Assembly (NCBI GenBank): GCA_973895155.1
Contig: OZ316898.1
Coordinates: 10,072,286 to 10,136,285 of the forward strand
Direction: 5' to 3'
DNA: 64,000 nt
Source of the DNA: Marsupella aquatica
Lineage: Eukaryota; Plantae; Marchantiophyta
Position 1 is the stretch's first letter; each line of letters starts with the position of its first letter. The position numbers and the translations under genes are program-made. Shown piece by piece: positions 25,586 through 39,170 of the stretch. Below the pieces are notes generated by a model. It made no database searches and had not been told where the DNA came from. It worked only from the letters and a program-made list of their open reading frames with translations.

Positions 25586-27652
25586 CATTTTATCTCTCGC
25601 TAAGAGTACGCTCCATAAGTGCAAACCCTGGATATCTACAAGGTGTTCCGTTCTTCCCACCATTTTGTACTTTTTTCTGCAGTTTTTGTAAATCCTGAAA
25701 GGATTAAACGGAAGGACACTTATGCAAACCCTCTATAAGGGTGTATGCAACTTATAAGTAAGCACACAATTCCTTCCACTTATAATCATTGATAAGTTCA
25801 ATTGAGTAAATTTGCACTTATGAGGTAGATGATTGTGTTTAGGGATGTACACTTTTAAAATGAAGTCACAAGAGAGTCAAATGACTTAGTGCAAGCCCTC
25901 AATAAGTGCGACTTACCAGGTGTGTGCACCAGTGTTTCTTTTAATGGCAAAAGCTGCACTTACCTGCAAAGTTCTCCTGGGCTTTTGGCCAACCATTAGC
26001 CCAAATTTGACAAGTATCCTTAAATCTAGAGAGATCTAATAGTCAGGAATCAGTGTAGGAAAATTAAATGATGAAGCACTGATTATCTTCTCCTTTCACA
26101 CTAGGCAACACGCACCTCCTTGGCAAGAGGAAAAAAACCTTAGATACACCCCAGTGTGCACTTAGAAAGGGGTTACACTTATTTTGGTAAAACATTGTCA
26201 GCAACTTTTTCACCTAGCCAGAGGCCCCATTAGCAAATCTAGTGGTCAACCTTAAATCTAAGGAGATCTGAATTAGAAAGGAATATTGTCCTTCACACAA
26301 GGTGTCAAACAAAACCATTTTTAAAGAAGTTACCCCCAAAACTGAATAGCCTTCTTAAGTTGCCCCCAAAAACTAACTTAAGCAGTAAGCTGCCCATGGA
26401 TATCTTAGCTATACAATCCAACTACTTGAGTTATTTTTGGCAGGTCCGATTCCTTGCCAGGAGGCAATATAATTAAAAATCTTAAAACTCACCGTAGTGT
26501 GCAAAGAGATATACTTGACAGGCAATATAATTAAAATTCTTAAAACTCACCGTAGTGTGCAAAGAGATATACTTGACAGACCCCAGAATGAAAAGTGTCA
26601 CTTGATAGATCCCATAAATGATCCAGACTATTGATCAATGTATCCAAAATTTCATAGGGTCCATCAAGTAACACTTTTCAAATTAGGGTCCAGCACTCCT
26701 GGTGTGCACTTAGAGAGAAGTTTAACTGTATTTATGGTATGGTGTGGTATGGGAATGTATTATAAGCTCCCGAACCATAAAAGTCAAAGGAGCTGCGACA
26801 AGAAAACGAAAGGACAATGCAAAGAAATAAGCAATCAACAGAAATTGCTCAAAAGAGGATCAATCTATCCTCTATCAAACTAAGGACCTGAAGAGTTCTC
26901 AAAGATGTCCCAAACCTTTTCTCCCTTCTCTATCAATTGCTAAGATAAATCTACCAAGTTGTTGAGGGGGCAGACTAAACAATGCATACAAATCTTTCAC
27001 CAAGATTTGAGATGCCAATTATGGATGAACTTATAATGATCATAAACAAGCCTTTAGGTGAGAAGATGAGTGCATTAAGCCGTGAAGAGAAAGGGCTCCT
27101 TCCACCATTCTGAAACAACCTATCTAACACCCAAAACCTCCATGGGCCCATCAAATAACACTTTGCAATTTAGAGTCCAAGAAGAATATCTCTAGGTGTG
27201 CACTGACTTAGGAAACTTAAGCGAGGATGGAACTCTACTTTGTCTATGAAGCCCAGATGGACTGGCAAAGCTTGGATGGACTTGCTCAAAACATTCAAAC
27301 CCACTTGGATAACACTATTTATAGTTTTGATTGAAATGTGACCTATAAATGGTCTCCTTACCGTTTGCAGCCGGTTCAATTACGTTATCGAACAGGTTTC
27401 CTTGGTAACTTGACGACCTTGAACCTAGAAGACGTCAAGATGTCATGTCGTTACTCAGGATCACCATGATGTCTTGACTACTTTCTTCCCAAGGAAATCA
27501 AAGTTATAAATTGGGATACACAACCCAATTCCTTTTTCTTTTTGGTGTAAAAGTGATGGTCACTTTATGGAGTCAATTGGGATGGGCAGGGAGAGGTGTC
27601 TCGGTCCATTTTTGAGGCTTTTGTTTCGTGCACTTAGAGAGGGGTGACACTG
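25586..27652. mobile_element. Non-autonomous Tc1/mariner(pogo)-like element with TA target
   Basis: The right end reverse-complements to TA|CAGTGTCACCCCTCTCTAAGTGCACG; the degenerate left end is TA|CATTTTATCTCTCGCTAAGAGTACG. Many internal TAAGTGCA/TGCACTTA motifs and a 58-bp internal duplication at ~26462-26579. Confidence 0.6.
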
Positions 27653-28829
27653 TACGTATGGATGAAGTTATAATGAACAGAAGCGAGGGAGGCGGGAGCG
27701 TGAAGGGCGAGAAGATGAAGATGAAGGGCATCGAGCCGTGAACAGAAAGCGGTCGTGACGCCGCACCTGACGAACAAGAACACCGAAACATCTTCTCTGC
27801 GCACAAACGCAATAACAGGAAAACGCGAGCGATGCGATGATAGAGGAGAGGAGAGAGGAGAGAGGAGCAGAAGGAGGAGGTCCGGTAGTCCGGAGGAGGA
27901 GTCATCACAGCAATAACTGCTGTAATCAATGATGCGGGCAAATCATTCTTCAGTACAGACAACAGAAGGCGGGGCGCGATATCATGATTCTGCAGTAGGA
28001 CTGTAGGACTGTAGGAGTACTGCAGTTCGCGCGGTTCAATCGCGACTGCCGTCACATTTCGAATCACGGCGATGGAGTAATGGCTTTGTGAGAAGGTGAC
28101 GATTGAGGCGGATTTGGTGGTGCAGGGCAGACGCGCTGCTGTAGGTAGGTCTTGCGTCTGTGTCTTTGTTTGCGTTTGCGGTTTGAGTTTGCTCGTTCGA
28201 AGACGCGCCGAAATTGAGCGGGAGGGACGTAGTGAATGAGTGAGAGATTGAGCGGCGGGGGGAGGGAGCGAGTGATGAGATATCCAAATTTGTGGACAAT
28301 ACTCGAGGATTGATCGATTGATAGTTTGAGTGATTTGAAATTTTTGGACAAGACTGGAGGATTGATCGATTGGTAGTTTGAATGACTTGAAATTTGTGGA
28401 CAAGGCTGGAGTAGTGATCGATTCATGTTTGATTGATTGATTGGCATTTTGATTGACTTGATTGATTGCAGGTGTGTAGTTGACGGACGGGGAGTGCTTT
28501 TTGCGGGGCTACTGACTGTCTAATTCGTCGACAACACTGGAAGGAAGTTCCCAGACAGAGGACAGTAATCTAGGTTAGAGGGAGGGAGGGAGTGAGAGAT
28601 ATTGAGGAGGTCAAGGGCGCACGATGTTGTTCGCAGTTCGGTGCACAGGTCGAGGCTGTGATTTGAGTTAATCTGGCTCTAGCTTTGGTGCGTACAGATT
28701 TAATTTTGAAGCTTGTAGGCGGGAGGGGAGGGAAAGGGAGGGGAGGAGCGCAGGAGAGAAAAGTGGTAAGAAGGTCTTGGTTGAACTCGCATTTCAGATT
28801 GGCAGAAACCAGGAACGGTACGAGGTACG

Positions 28830-29309
28830 ATGGATATGCATCTACACGGGGCGTGTATGGGGAAGCTGGTAGGTCCAACGGGAGGGGGAGGAGCAGGAGG
28901 CGGAACAGGGATCTCGACGCAGTTTCGCATACTCCCGAACTCGCTTCCCTCGGAATGCTATCCTGTAGATTCAGAGAAAGTTCCCGTAGGTAGTCATCGT
29001 CCCGCTCTGCATCTTCGGCTCTCCTCTGCGACTCCGCCGCATCGTACTTTCAGTCCAGAGCCACTGAAGATAGGCGACGAATACAACCTCCCGTCAGGCT
29101 CTAATTCGCCTATTCCAGACTCGATGCCGGCAGGATTTTTGCTTCATGATGCACCTGCTTCAATTAGACGACCCTCCCTTACTCATTCTTCCCCTCCTGC
29201 CCCTTCTTCTCCGACTAAACGGATTACGGACGCAAAGTTTGTTCTCGACGATGAAGGCGATGGTGTACCGGTGGCGGTCGGGGCCGAAATCCTGATGGTC
29301 ACCAACTAG
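28830..29309 (+). CDS. Hypothetical 159-aa Pro/Ser/Gly-rich protein within a probable spliced transcription unit (~27.7-31.2 kb)
   Basis: ATG-initiated ORF in a CpG-rich region with a GA-rich 5'UTR-like tract. Splice-like sites at ~28471 (GCAG|G), ~29397, ~29428 (G|GTGAGT), ~29741 and ~31091. No domain recognised. Confidence 0.4.
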   Translation: MDMHLHGACMGKLVGPTGGGGAGGGTGISTQFRILPNSLPSECYPVDSEKVPVGSHRPALHLRLSSATPPHRTFSPEPLKIGDEYNLPSGSNSPIPDSMPAGFLLHDAPASIRRPSLTHSSPPAPSSPTKRITDAKFVLDDEGDGVPVAVGAEILMVTN

Positions 29310-31327
29310 CAGTCAAGGTTCGTAGTGTACGACTCGGAAACTGTTGTACGCCATTTTGTGGAGGCGGTCTGTTCGTAGATTTTCTTGTTTGTTCAGGTTG
29401 TCACCCTTCTCATTATGATTACCATGGTGAGTCTGTCATGATCTTTCTTTTTTGGGTCTCGAAAGTTCGTTACTGTCCAGTAAAAGGTGTTGCAGAAACC
29501 AGCCAGGCCCCCAACTCTCGTAGCGAAATTTAAGTCACGCCGCGGGAAAAGAAGTACCAAGCCTTTCCATCATAGCGTCCAGAGGGAAAATTAGTGATTC
29601 ACATTCCAAGATTTTAGGACGAGTTCCTTTTTGGCATGGAATAATGATGCGACGATGAGCAAATTGAGGTTCATCATGACTATTGAGGATTCAACCGCGT
29701 TGCCCTCGTACATCTAATTGCCTAAACTCCGACTTGTGCAGGTGCAGAATGCTGTGTACATAACAACGTGTTGATGAAGAAGACTTGTATAGGTGACAAT
29801 TTTCAGGGTTGGGATTGTGTCACCGAAACCGTGACAATATTTGGGTTTATTCGGCTTCTAGCATTTTTGGGTTGAAGTACCTGCCCGGTTATATGATCAT
29901 GGAAACTGGTGTACGACTAAATAAGATCTGAAGTGGAGACAATGTTATCGGTGGAGAGGATGCCCTTTGTAATTAGAGGGAGTGAAGGCGAGGAGTTGTG
30001 GAAGGGCTTATAGTTGACGGCATCCTACTGGCTTTACCGGAAAAGACCGAACGTCGTGGTCAAGGTTCATGGTGAACCTTCCATTCATGGTATAGGATTG
30101 CTCAAGTGGATTGTGTATAAGGTAGAGGCATTACATGAAAGGTTGAATTTGTAAATATGTAAAATAGTTGTGACAGTACTTTAGGGAATTTTGTGTAGGA
30201 TGACGCTGGCAAGGGAGGCAAATCATGAGAAAATGGGAGGCATTATGGCGAGCTCAATGCTCTGTTGAGCCAGGATTCCTGTGAGAGGATCAGATTGGAA
30301 TAGTTGAAAGGTTCCTATTCGGTTAAAGAATGTTAGAAGATGACAAAGGTGCATCTACATGGGTATAAGAGAACACTGTCAAACAGTACATGCAGTACCC
30401 GTTTTGCATGTGAGGAGGCATTTAAGGCTTTCATAGTCTGTTACGGCTTGTGTTTTACACCCTTTCTCTAAGAGAACGGTGGTGGTTCGAATTAGCTTCA
30501 AGCCGGTTCTACTGGAGGGGGAACTGTGGGCATTCCGATTGGTTGCAAGCCGACTCTCATGAAGTAGCCCGCTCGGGTCCTCACATTAGAGGCGTGACTC
30601 CAGCAACTTAGGGTTCGAGAGTGGTTTCAATGTTTGACATTTCTGATTAGTTGCCAACTCCTTCGGTTTCTCATAATCTAGGCGGCTGCAGCAACTTCGA
30701 GACTGGTTTCGATGTTTGACGTTTCGATTCTATTCGACCTGTCTGTTTTTGTTCGTTTTAAGAATTTTAGCGCTCATTTCCTGTTCCAAAAGAAAATGAG
30801 AATGTTTTTGGCGTGAGCGAAAGCTCCTACTTTCTAGATTTTATTTCCGCTTTTCATGGGGCCCATTGAAAGCAAAATGAAATTGCCTCATTCTCTCGAA
30901 GTAAAACTAACGGATATGGTGCGATGTGTATTTTGATTCGTGTACCAGATTGACTCTTGTGATACTCGGAGTCTCCTTTAGGTGGTTGTATTGCAAAAAA
31001 GATGATATAAGCACATATTGCGTGCCACTTAGCTTTGTTTTTTCAGAGGCTCATGGCGCATCAATGAGCAGCTACCTTTGTTTTCTCACAGGTTGGTTGG
31101 CGGGCATGGCTAGCACAACGATACCGAAATTGAAGGGCTTACTGTTACAGACTAAGCCCAGTATTGGTCATTGATACTGTTTGCCTAGTCAAAGAATCAT
31201 GGGAAGAACATGCCGATCTTATCTGACAAAATGGAATGTACAGGATTGTTTTCAACCAGCACTCTACTAGAACTGCAGTGGACACAAAGCACGCGACTTC
31301 ACCTTCCACCCCAGTTTGGAAGGGGCG

Positions 31328-34300
31328 TTAAAGGTCAGATCTACTTGAAATAGGCCGCTTGCAGGACTCAATCACGTCCTTCACAACAGAATGAGTCTCC
31401 TCAGAAATCATGTTCAGTGACAGATGAAATGCCTGGAAACACAACACAATAAAGAAACCAATATCATCTTTCCATGCAAGTACTATGAGGAAGCTGATTA
31501 ACGGCACATGAAACACAATTGATAGGCGAAAGTCAAATGATCGTTTCTTCACGACCTTACAACTAGACATTTGAATAACTAACAAATGCCGGGGAGGAGA
31601 GACAACAGACCACAAAGCGCTCCAGGACAGGTACGAGCGACTTGAGGTCTTCGCCCGGTAACAGGTGGGCTATTGCCATGCGTGCTCGCTCACTGTAAAA
31701 CCGAACTGAAAATTCTGAGTATTCGAAGTGACTAACAGAAGAACCACCATTTAGCCCCATCAAATTGGACACGTTAGTGAGGAATGCAGTAGACAATTAT
31801 ATCACGCATCTGAGAACTTTCCCACACAACAGAAGCGTGAGAAAGACAGAGAGCAAACCTTTCTTTCGATAAAAAGGCAAGGAGCAGAGCAGTATATGCC
31901 TCTACAATCATGTCCTCAGCTTCTGCTTGTCCCTGTTTGACTTCTTCATCCATCTGAAGAGATCACATTTTAAGGACGGTAACCATCAGAAAGTTCGTTA
32001 TAGAGAAAAAACCAATTGAGATTGCTACAACCTTACTATTCATAAAGAATTTGAATGTGCAGGTGACAAGTTCCTTAATGACCAAAGGGGACCACATCTG
32101 CATTCAGTTCTCTGATAATAACCCATCAAAATAGGCAATCTAAACAAGGATTTGCTCTCTACGTCATTTGTATTGAAATGATTTCACATCCATAACACCA
32201 AATTCTTTTCATACAATGCAACGCATGAAGTCAACAATAATTTGAAATTAACTGACGACCCCACAGGTCGTAATAGTATACATTTTGAATTGAACCGCCA
32301 CAAAAGTTGGAAAACATTCAGAAGTTACCTCTAAAGCTCTCTTGTTCTCAATAGCTTCAGCAGCCTCTCCAGCTCCTTGTTTCAGTAGAAAGAGTGAGCA
32401 AAGAAGTCCGATCATACCAGTCTCCTGCCACAACTTCCCTTCTTTCGTTGACACTATATCAGATGGAACTGCAACCTTCAGACTCGCGAGTCTTGCCCTG
32501 CAAATTGAATTTTCAGTCAAATGCACTGGGAATTCTTCTGACACTGAGAATGACAGTTTGACAAACAAGGCACAAACGATCATCCTTGGCGATCAAACAA
32601 GAGCACATCTTAACCACCTTAGCACTAATCTCAAACAAGAGAGACAATTTATCGAGGACCAAAACGCACCTGTTGCGGATGTCTTTTTCCACTAAGTTGC
32701 AAAGGACTCCAAGGACAGTCACCAAAAGATCCAAGTCTTGCTCTGTATCCCCTTCAATCTGCGTGGCAGGGCTTCCATCTAATGATGATGCAGCAAGCGA
32801 TCTTGGCCAAGGATAATTGGCAATAAGAAGTGAGGACAACGAGCTAAGGCCGCCACAGGTTGCAACTTGAGAACATCCAACAGGGTTGCCATTTGTAAGA
32901 TTCATGAGGACCTGCAGGTAAGAAGAACCATCAATTATCACAAAGCGTTCAACGTCCAATCTGCCTCACCGGAGACATGCTCTCATCAAAGAGCGCGAAG
33001 GACCCACAAAGAGAGGTAGCGATAGACGCTTTAGCAAATATTTCACGCAGCCAGTAACTGGCTATATCATAAGGGCCCTGGGAATAGACTTCCGCTTCCA
33101 GGACGGGAACGAAAAAGATACCTTCACTCCGGATAAGAGACAGTCTCCCAACAAGGTCGATTGCGTGCTTCCCTCATTCTCGCCTTCAGGACCACCTCTG
33201 GCCACCATTGCCGAAACTTCGACTGAGTCGGATTTCTCCAGCGCGGCTCCACCATCCTCTGAAATGTCAAGCCTACAACTGATAGATGTTTTTTGTTCAT
33301 GTCTTCCTAGTTTTGATTTTACAGCTCGCTCGCTTCTGGGCTGCCTCTTCACCGCTGTGTGACTTTTGAAATCAAGGTCCATATCATCAAATGAGAATGG
33401 ATCCTGTGAATCATCAACATTTGTGTTTATCGGCTTGTGCTCATCATTGGCAAGCCTTTCCACATTATCAAATGCGTAAAGATCTTGTGAATCTTCCATA
33501 GTCGATCTTTTCTCTTTGGATCTTCGTCTGAACATGACTGTGTCTGAATTTCTCCTATTCTGAACTTCGGTTTCAGTGTCCTTTGAATCTGTTGAAGGTG
33601 CGGAAGTAACCAAGCTCCTCTCCGACAACTCGAACTTTTCTTGTGATGAAGACGATATTGAAGATTTACGCCTCTTGAAGGTCATTAGTGACGAAGTGAT
33701 ATGATGACCAGAGGTTGAGGGCTCTGCTTTCTCGGATTCCCACTTCCTGTGAGCGACTGAATTATCACTTGATCGGAAGCACTCTGCAATAGACCTGTGT
33801 CGTTTCCCTGCAAGAAATAATACAGGAAACGTTAACAAAAAGAGCTACCCACAAGCTGGTTCACCCATTCATTCCCAGGTTCTTCTTCTTCATGTCTGCC
33901 TTTCGCCTGGAACAGGTAAGCATTATTGTAACCAGCTACATCCTACAGTACAATTAAGATTAGGGACCAGGTCAACTACTTAGCAACCATCAATGGCCAC
34001 AGACAGCGGTTGTGTCTGAAACTTCCAAAAACCTAACCTAGACAAAGACTCAGTAACCATGCTTGCATCACCTTTGGGGAGTGTCGCAGAAGGTTTTCCC
34101 TTTTCGTGATGAGCGATAGAAGAAAGGTCTTTCTCCTTTATTACGACCTCCTTCCTTTCCTTCTGGATCTGCGCTAGATCTGGCATCACGAAATTCAATA
34201 CAGGCTAGAACATCAATTCAGACATATGCAAAGCAGTGATTGTGACTGTAAAAACCATAAATAAACTCCCGCCCTCTTGTTAAAAGGATAAGCATTGAAG

Positions 34301-37204
34301 GACCATTAAAGGCGACTAAGAGACAGAATCCTGGTAACCCCAAGAGGAGAGAAAAAAACGACTGCCAACATCATAATAAAAAAAACATCATTCGCATCAG
34401 ACAAAAGTCCATCAGAGCTTACCAGATAGGGTGTTGATGGCATTGATGGTAAGACCAATAAATGACTCGGTCCCACTTGCATTCCCTCTTGATAGCTTTA
34501 GCTCCAGTAGATGTCTCTAAACACGACCACCACCATGACACCTCCCCGTTATTCACGTTGACTTCAATTAACTTATATTTCACGTCATGCACGAAGGAAT
34601 GTGTAAGGACTCGGGCGATGAACAATGATTCAGCTAGACTAAAACTTGTATGCCACAAGACGGTAAGCAGGAAAACCACCGTACTAGTAATTGAGATAAA
34701 CCTGATTCTGCTCGCTGAGGAAAGTGACATTCTCCATGACTCGCAAGCATCTCAGTAGTACCCCGATGCCCCCAGACTTTTCATTCTTCTCCAAAGAAGC
34801 AAGGTCAACCGTATCTTCCGTCTTCAGTGCTTTCTGCATTTCCCCGGCAGAACGTAAGATCTATATGTTCTCGCCCTTACGGATCCAAGAAATCACTTGC
34901 ACGACTCATAAGTCTACAAGAATAGGTAGACTTGCTCTTTTCTTCTGACGTGCCCTTAGAAACGCCCTTACAAGTTCGTCTCGCAAACACAAGAACACTA
35001 CCTTTGCAGAGATATGCACAAGCTCTGCTCGACACAGATAAGTTTTCACTTCAACCCTGACAACGTTACTTCACATTCACCGAAAATGCCTTCGCACATG
35101 ACTGGCAAGCACCAGCGATACAGACCTTCAAATTTCCTACGCAGCTGGCAGCAAGTTCGCTCAATGCATCTAAGCCCCCAAGCTCTCGCAGCCTTTCCTT
35201 GAACCGTCCACCGACTTTTCGAACTGCCTCTGCTGAGCTGTCTGCACAACATAAGCCTGGATTATCAATGGACAAAATAAACCAGCTGTAATTTTGGTTG
35301 CTAGTTACGGGGAAGAAAGACGTTCTCGTAGAAGCGTACTCCATTCCTGGTCGCTTGCACTGGTCCTTATATTTCCGTGGGTCGAACTTAACAGAAACTA
35401 CAACTACTTGCATCCACGTTGGGAAGTTACTCCACCTTCGAGGATGACGGTTGAAATACACGCTTTCTCAAGCGTCAGCAGCGCCAACCACTTGGAGCTG
35501 ATCTCCTCGCCTGGCAAGATCCCATTCTCTTCACTTGCGTTTCCCCTTCCGGTTCCGTGTTCTTGCAAGCTCTTGAACAACTCACGTACTTTAGTCACAA
35601 CAGCAGCCCCACGATCCACACCAACCACACTTGTCCCATTTTTAGGCAGGGTGGCCTTCGCGAAGGCTGCCAACTTGTTACCGATTGCACTCAACCCCTT
35701 TTTGGCTACTGGCTGAGAAGACTGCGCTCCCAGCAACTTCATGAGAAACTGGACACAAGGCTCTGAGTCCAAGAGGTCTTCGTCCTGGCTCTAAATACAC
35801 AGCAGATAAGATACGTTAGCAACCATAACAACTACCAAATGATACTACTATCGGAGAAAATCGGCCAGCCAACTATCTTCCTCTAATAATGAAAGTAGGA
35901 CAGAGCGGGCAGACCTATAACGACACCGGCACACATGCAAAAAAATTGTACCCTGGAAAGGAACAAATGTCCAATGAAATGGGAGACGGCACAAAGGTAG
36001 AAAACAATATCTTTGACTGGTAGAATTCCAAGACCGATAATTCAGTACTCCACTGCTTCGCTTATTCGTAAGGAACGGTCACTGTATGAATCAGTTAGTG
36101 ACGAGTGAGAAAATTTACATCGATTGCGAGGAAGTACAACACCGCTGCCGCAGCAAGAGCCAAAGGTGGATCATCCGTAGGTAGAGCAACGATGGCGTCG
36201 AGCAGAGGCTTCGCCATCCTGACCCCATAGAAAACACATGAAGGAATTTTAAACGGCTTGTTGCTTCCATTCTCCTCACTTTCAGGGCTTTGGACTGATT
36301 TGCTAGCCATAAGGAGCAAGAGAGAGATAGATTCATGAAGAAGTGAACATATCTAATTGACGCACAACACCACTCCAACTGGTAGAGAAATTCTAGATAT
36401 ACTGAGAGATTCATTCATTGATGATGAAGATATCTAATGAAGTAAACCTTAAACGCAACTTGTGAACAAAAATTCGAATGCTGACCCGTGAGTTCGAAGC
36501 ATTCGGCGCCTCTGCATGGAACAACACAACGCCAGTAGAGAGGTGAGACTGGCACGCTGAATACGCACTGGCTGTCCTTGTCTGAGCCCATCCAGTGCAA
36601 AATTGGCCTCATCAACATGTTCCAATATCTCCCCAGACTCCTGCGCCTCCATGAGAGTAGACGTCGGTGCAGCTGTAACCCAAAGGCTCGAGTCATTGCC
36701 CCCATCCCCCCATGCTGATCCCCGTTTAGCTCTCGAGCTACCTGTTTCCTGACTATCCTTATTATGTCTACGTTCCAGCTCGCGACTTGAGTTACTCCTG
36801 GTGCCATTCGATATCAGATCCGGAAAATCGCTTAGCGCTTTCTTTAATTTTCCCCTCACAGAAACTTCATCACCATTTTTCTTCGTTGCAGTAAGTGGTG
36901 GCCTTTCGCTAAAAGAGCGAGATATAGGAGGCCTGGAGCGCACTTCTGAGAGAGTCTCCTCACCGAAGTCGTCGTCGTATGGCTGCTTCCTCGTACTCTT
37001 GAACGAGCGAGTGCTACTCCCATAGTCTGACTGGGACCAGCAAGACTCCTGCGAGGAAGGAAAGCTAAAAGGCGGCGGTTCTTGCGAACTTCCCCACATA
37101 GACTCCTGAGAGCCCGAGCTACCGACGCCATCTCCATATGGATTCCCACTCTCAGATAGACTACGGCCTGACCTGTTACGCCGCTGATACGTTCTGATAA
37201 TCAT
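31328..37204 (-). CDS. WAPL: Wings apart-like cohesin release factor; about 13 exons (e.g. 37204-36486, 36218-36119, 35790-35436, 35241-35126, 34833-34702, 34516-34423, ... ~31433-31328)
   Basis: MIIRTYQRR start, TSTLMEAQE.GE..EHVDEANFALDGL, KWLALLTLEKAC, GG.FKERLRELGGL, VLMNLTNGNPVGC, DLLVTVLG.L.NLVEKD, LVPVLERFV|AFHLSLNMIS. GT-AG junctions. Confidence 0.95.
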
Positions 37205-39043
37205 GTCTCGGTGAGGCTCCCCGCTCTACTGCAGCCCCAGCACCACTCTGCCGGTGCAAAATTCGTCCTCACGACGCATCTACAGCCACAACATCACCTT
37301 GTGTGTTCGGGAACCCTAGCGTCCAGCCATAAAAATCCGGCGGGTCCTCCCAGCAGTTTAATAGATCTAAGACAATTGCAACTTCATTATGAAGCGTTCC
37401 CACCCTTCAAGGCAGGGCCTGTGCCGTCATATCAGACCTTGACGGTTAAAGCGAAGGACCTCAAGTTTTCCGACGGCAAAAACTGTCACTCGATCGGCAA
37501 AAAATGTTCCTGATGAAAAGAGTATGTCTGCCAATTGTTCCTATCCAAATGACACGCTCCACCAAGCCCTGTCCAGTTTCGTTCCTCTACAACGCAAGCA
37601 TTTCCAACGGCTACCCGATAAGTAGAAGCAGAAATTCCCGAGCTCTCCCTAACAAGTGTTGTCCGTCCGCAGGCAGGACCCTTGTGCGCAGGGAGAAATC
37701 GCACGGGGACAGGAGAAGAAACCGGGCAGGATCTCACTTTTCGTCAGTTGCTTTTAGACCGTGATAACCGGCAGTCCCGATTGCCACAGAGACATTCCAC
37801 TGAACTGCAGCACAGCAGCAGCCATCATTGCAGAAATTTTAGTACGTCAAACTCGAAGATCACACAATTCAAAGATCAATCAAAGCTCCAAAAGCCCGTG
37901 GACAGACAGAGCGTCAGCAGAACAAAATTTCCGTCCTCACTTTCCAGAAAATGCTTAAACCTAATTCCAGCAGTGAGCTCAACCGAGCCGGAGTGTAAGC
38001 CGATCGACCTAAAGATTTCTCTGCTCCCTTTCGAGAAAAAAAATGCTTCGACCAGCTTGCGACCGACTTGAAAGAGACAGAGAGCGTTACAATAATTAAT
38101 AGCCCGCAGATTGCTCTGCGAAGCTTCAACAAAATGCTTCAGCCTGCCATAACGCTTCAACAAAATGCTTAAACAAGATGCTTCAACAAGATGTTTCACC
38201 CTACCATTCTTGCAGTTGCAAACGAACAGAGGAATCATCAAACGAGAGCTTCCGAACACTGTCTGAGAAAAAGAGAGAGCTCACATCGAAACGAAACGCT
38301 TCTGCACCACCATTATTATTACAACCCGACCCCGTTACCGGTAACCGGCAAGCTCGGTTCACCGGGATCGTCCGCCAACGACCGGATTACCGGTCCGAAG
38401 AAGCGAAAAAGACAAAGGCTCTCGGGCAGCAGCTCTATCATCTCCCACCGTCGATTCTACAAGACTCTAGACGGCGAAGATCATCTCCACAGATCTGGGA
38501 GACATGAAGAGATCTCATGACTGACGGTCTCGATTACGAAATAGCTTCGGTAAAAGTTGTTCGGATGAGCGGCCGTCCAATAGTCGGCACACCGACGGTG
38601 ACTGCAGGCTCCTGTGCCTACCGTCACTGATCTGACCAGCAGGTCAGAAACAAGCTCCTTCTGGTTTTCGGTTATGGAGTGCTTGTACAGAGCGGTTTGC
38701 GACACGAAACTTCTACCTCGATCGCATTTCGAGTAATAAAGCGTTTGTTTCGTGTTCCGTGGAGGTAAACTTCAGACGGCCGAATCGACGGCTCACGGAA
38801 GAGTGGAAATCGTGCTGGCCGATCCCGTCGAATGGACCGTACGTGGACGTATGCCATTGGCTTGCGATATCGTACCTCAGGGAAATACCGTACACGAGGG
38901 GTAAAGTTGATGTGTGGACAGGGTAATGAAATGATCGGGCTCTCTCGTCTATTTCGAGGCTTTTCCTTGCGGTAAAAGCACCATTTGTGAGGGGGTAAAT
39001 GGTCGGGATAACAGTAACGGAAGGTACGCGGACGGGATACGTA

Positions 39044-39170
39044 CAGTCGCCTCTGTCTAAGTGCACGGTCGAGAAACAACACCGTTTTGCCCTTATTCTA
39101 GATGCAACGAGGTATCCACTCTTTACAACAAATGTATAAGTGCAAAACCCTCTGTGAGTGTTTAAGTATG
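39044..39170 (+). mobile_element. Single terminus related to the Tc1/mariner-like element at 25586-27652
   Basis: TACGTA|CAGTCGCCTCTGTCTAAGTGCACG followed by ATAAGTGCAAAACCCTC, similar to that element's TIR and subterminal motif. No partner end seen. Confidence 0.5.

Noticed and set aside
27573-28447. 276-aa and 127-aa minus-strand ORFs
   Set aside because: Low-complexity antisense read-outs of a GA/GATT-rich UTR-like region with no motifs.
37211-39082. Many overlapping short ORFs upstream of WAPL
   Set aside because: Expected in a GC-rich 5'UTR/promoter region; no recognisable protein.
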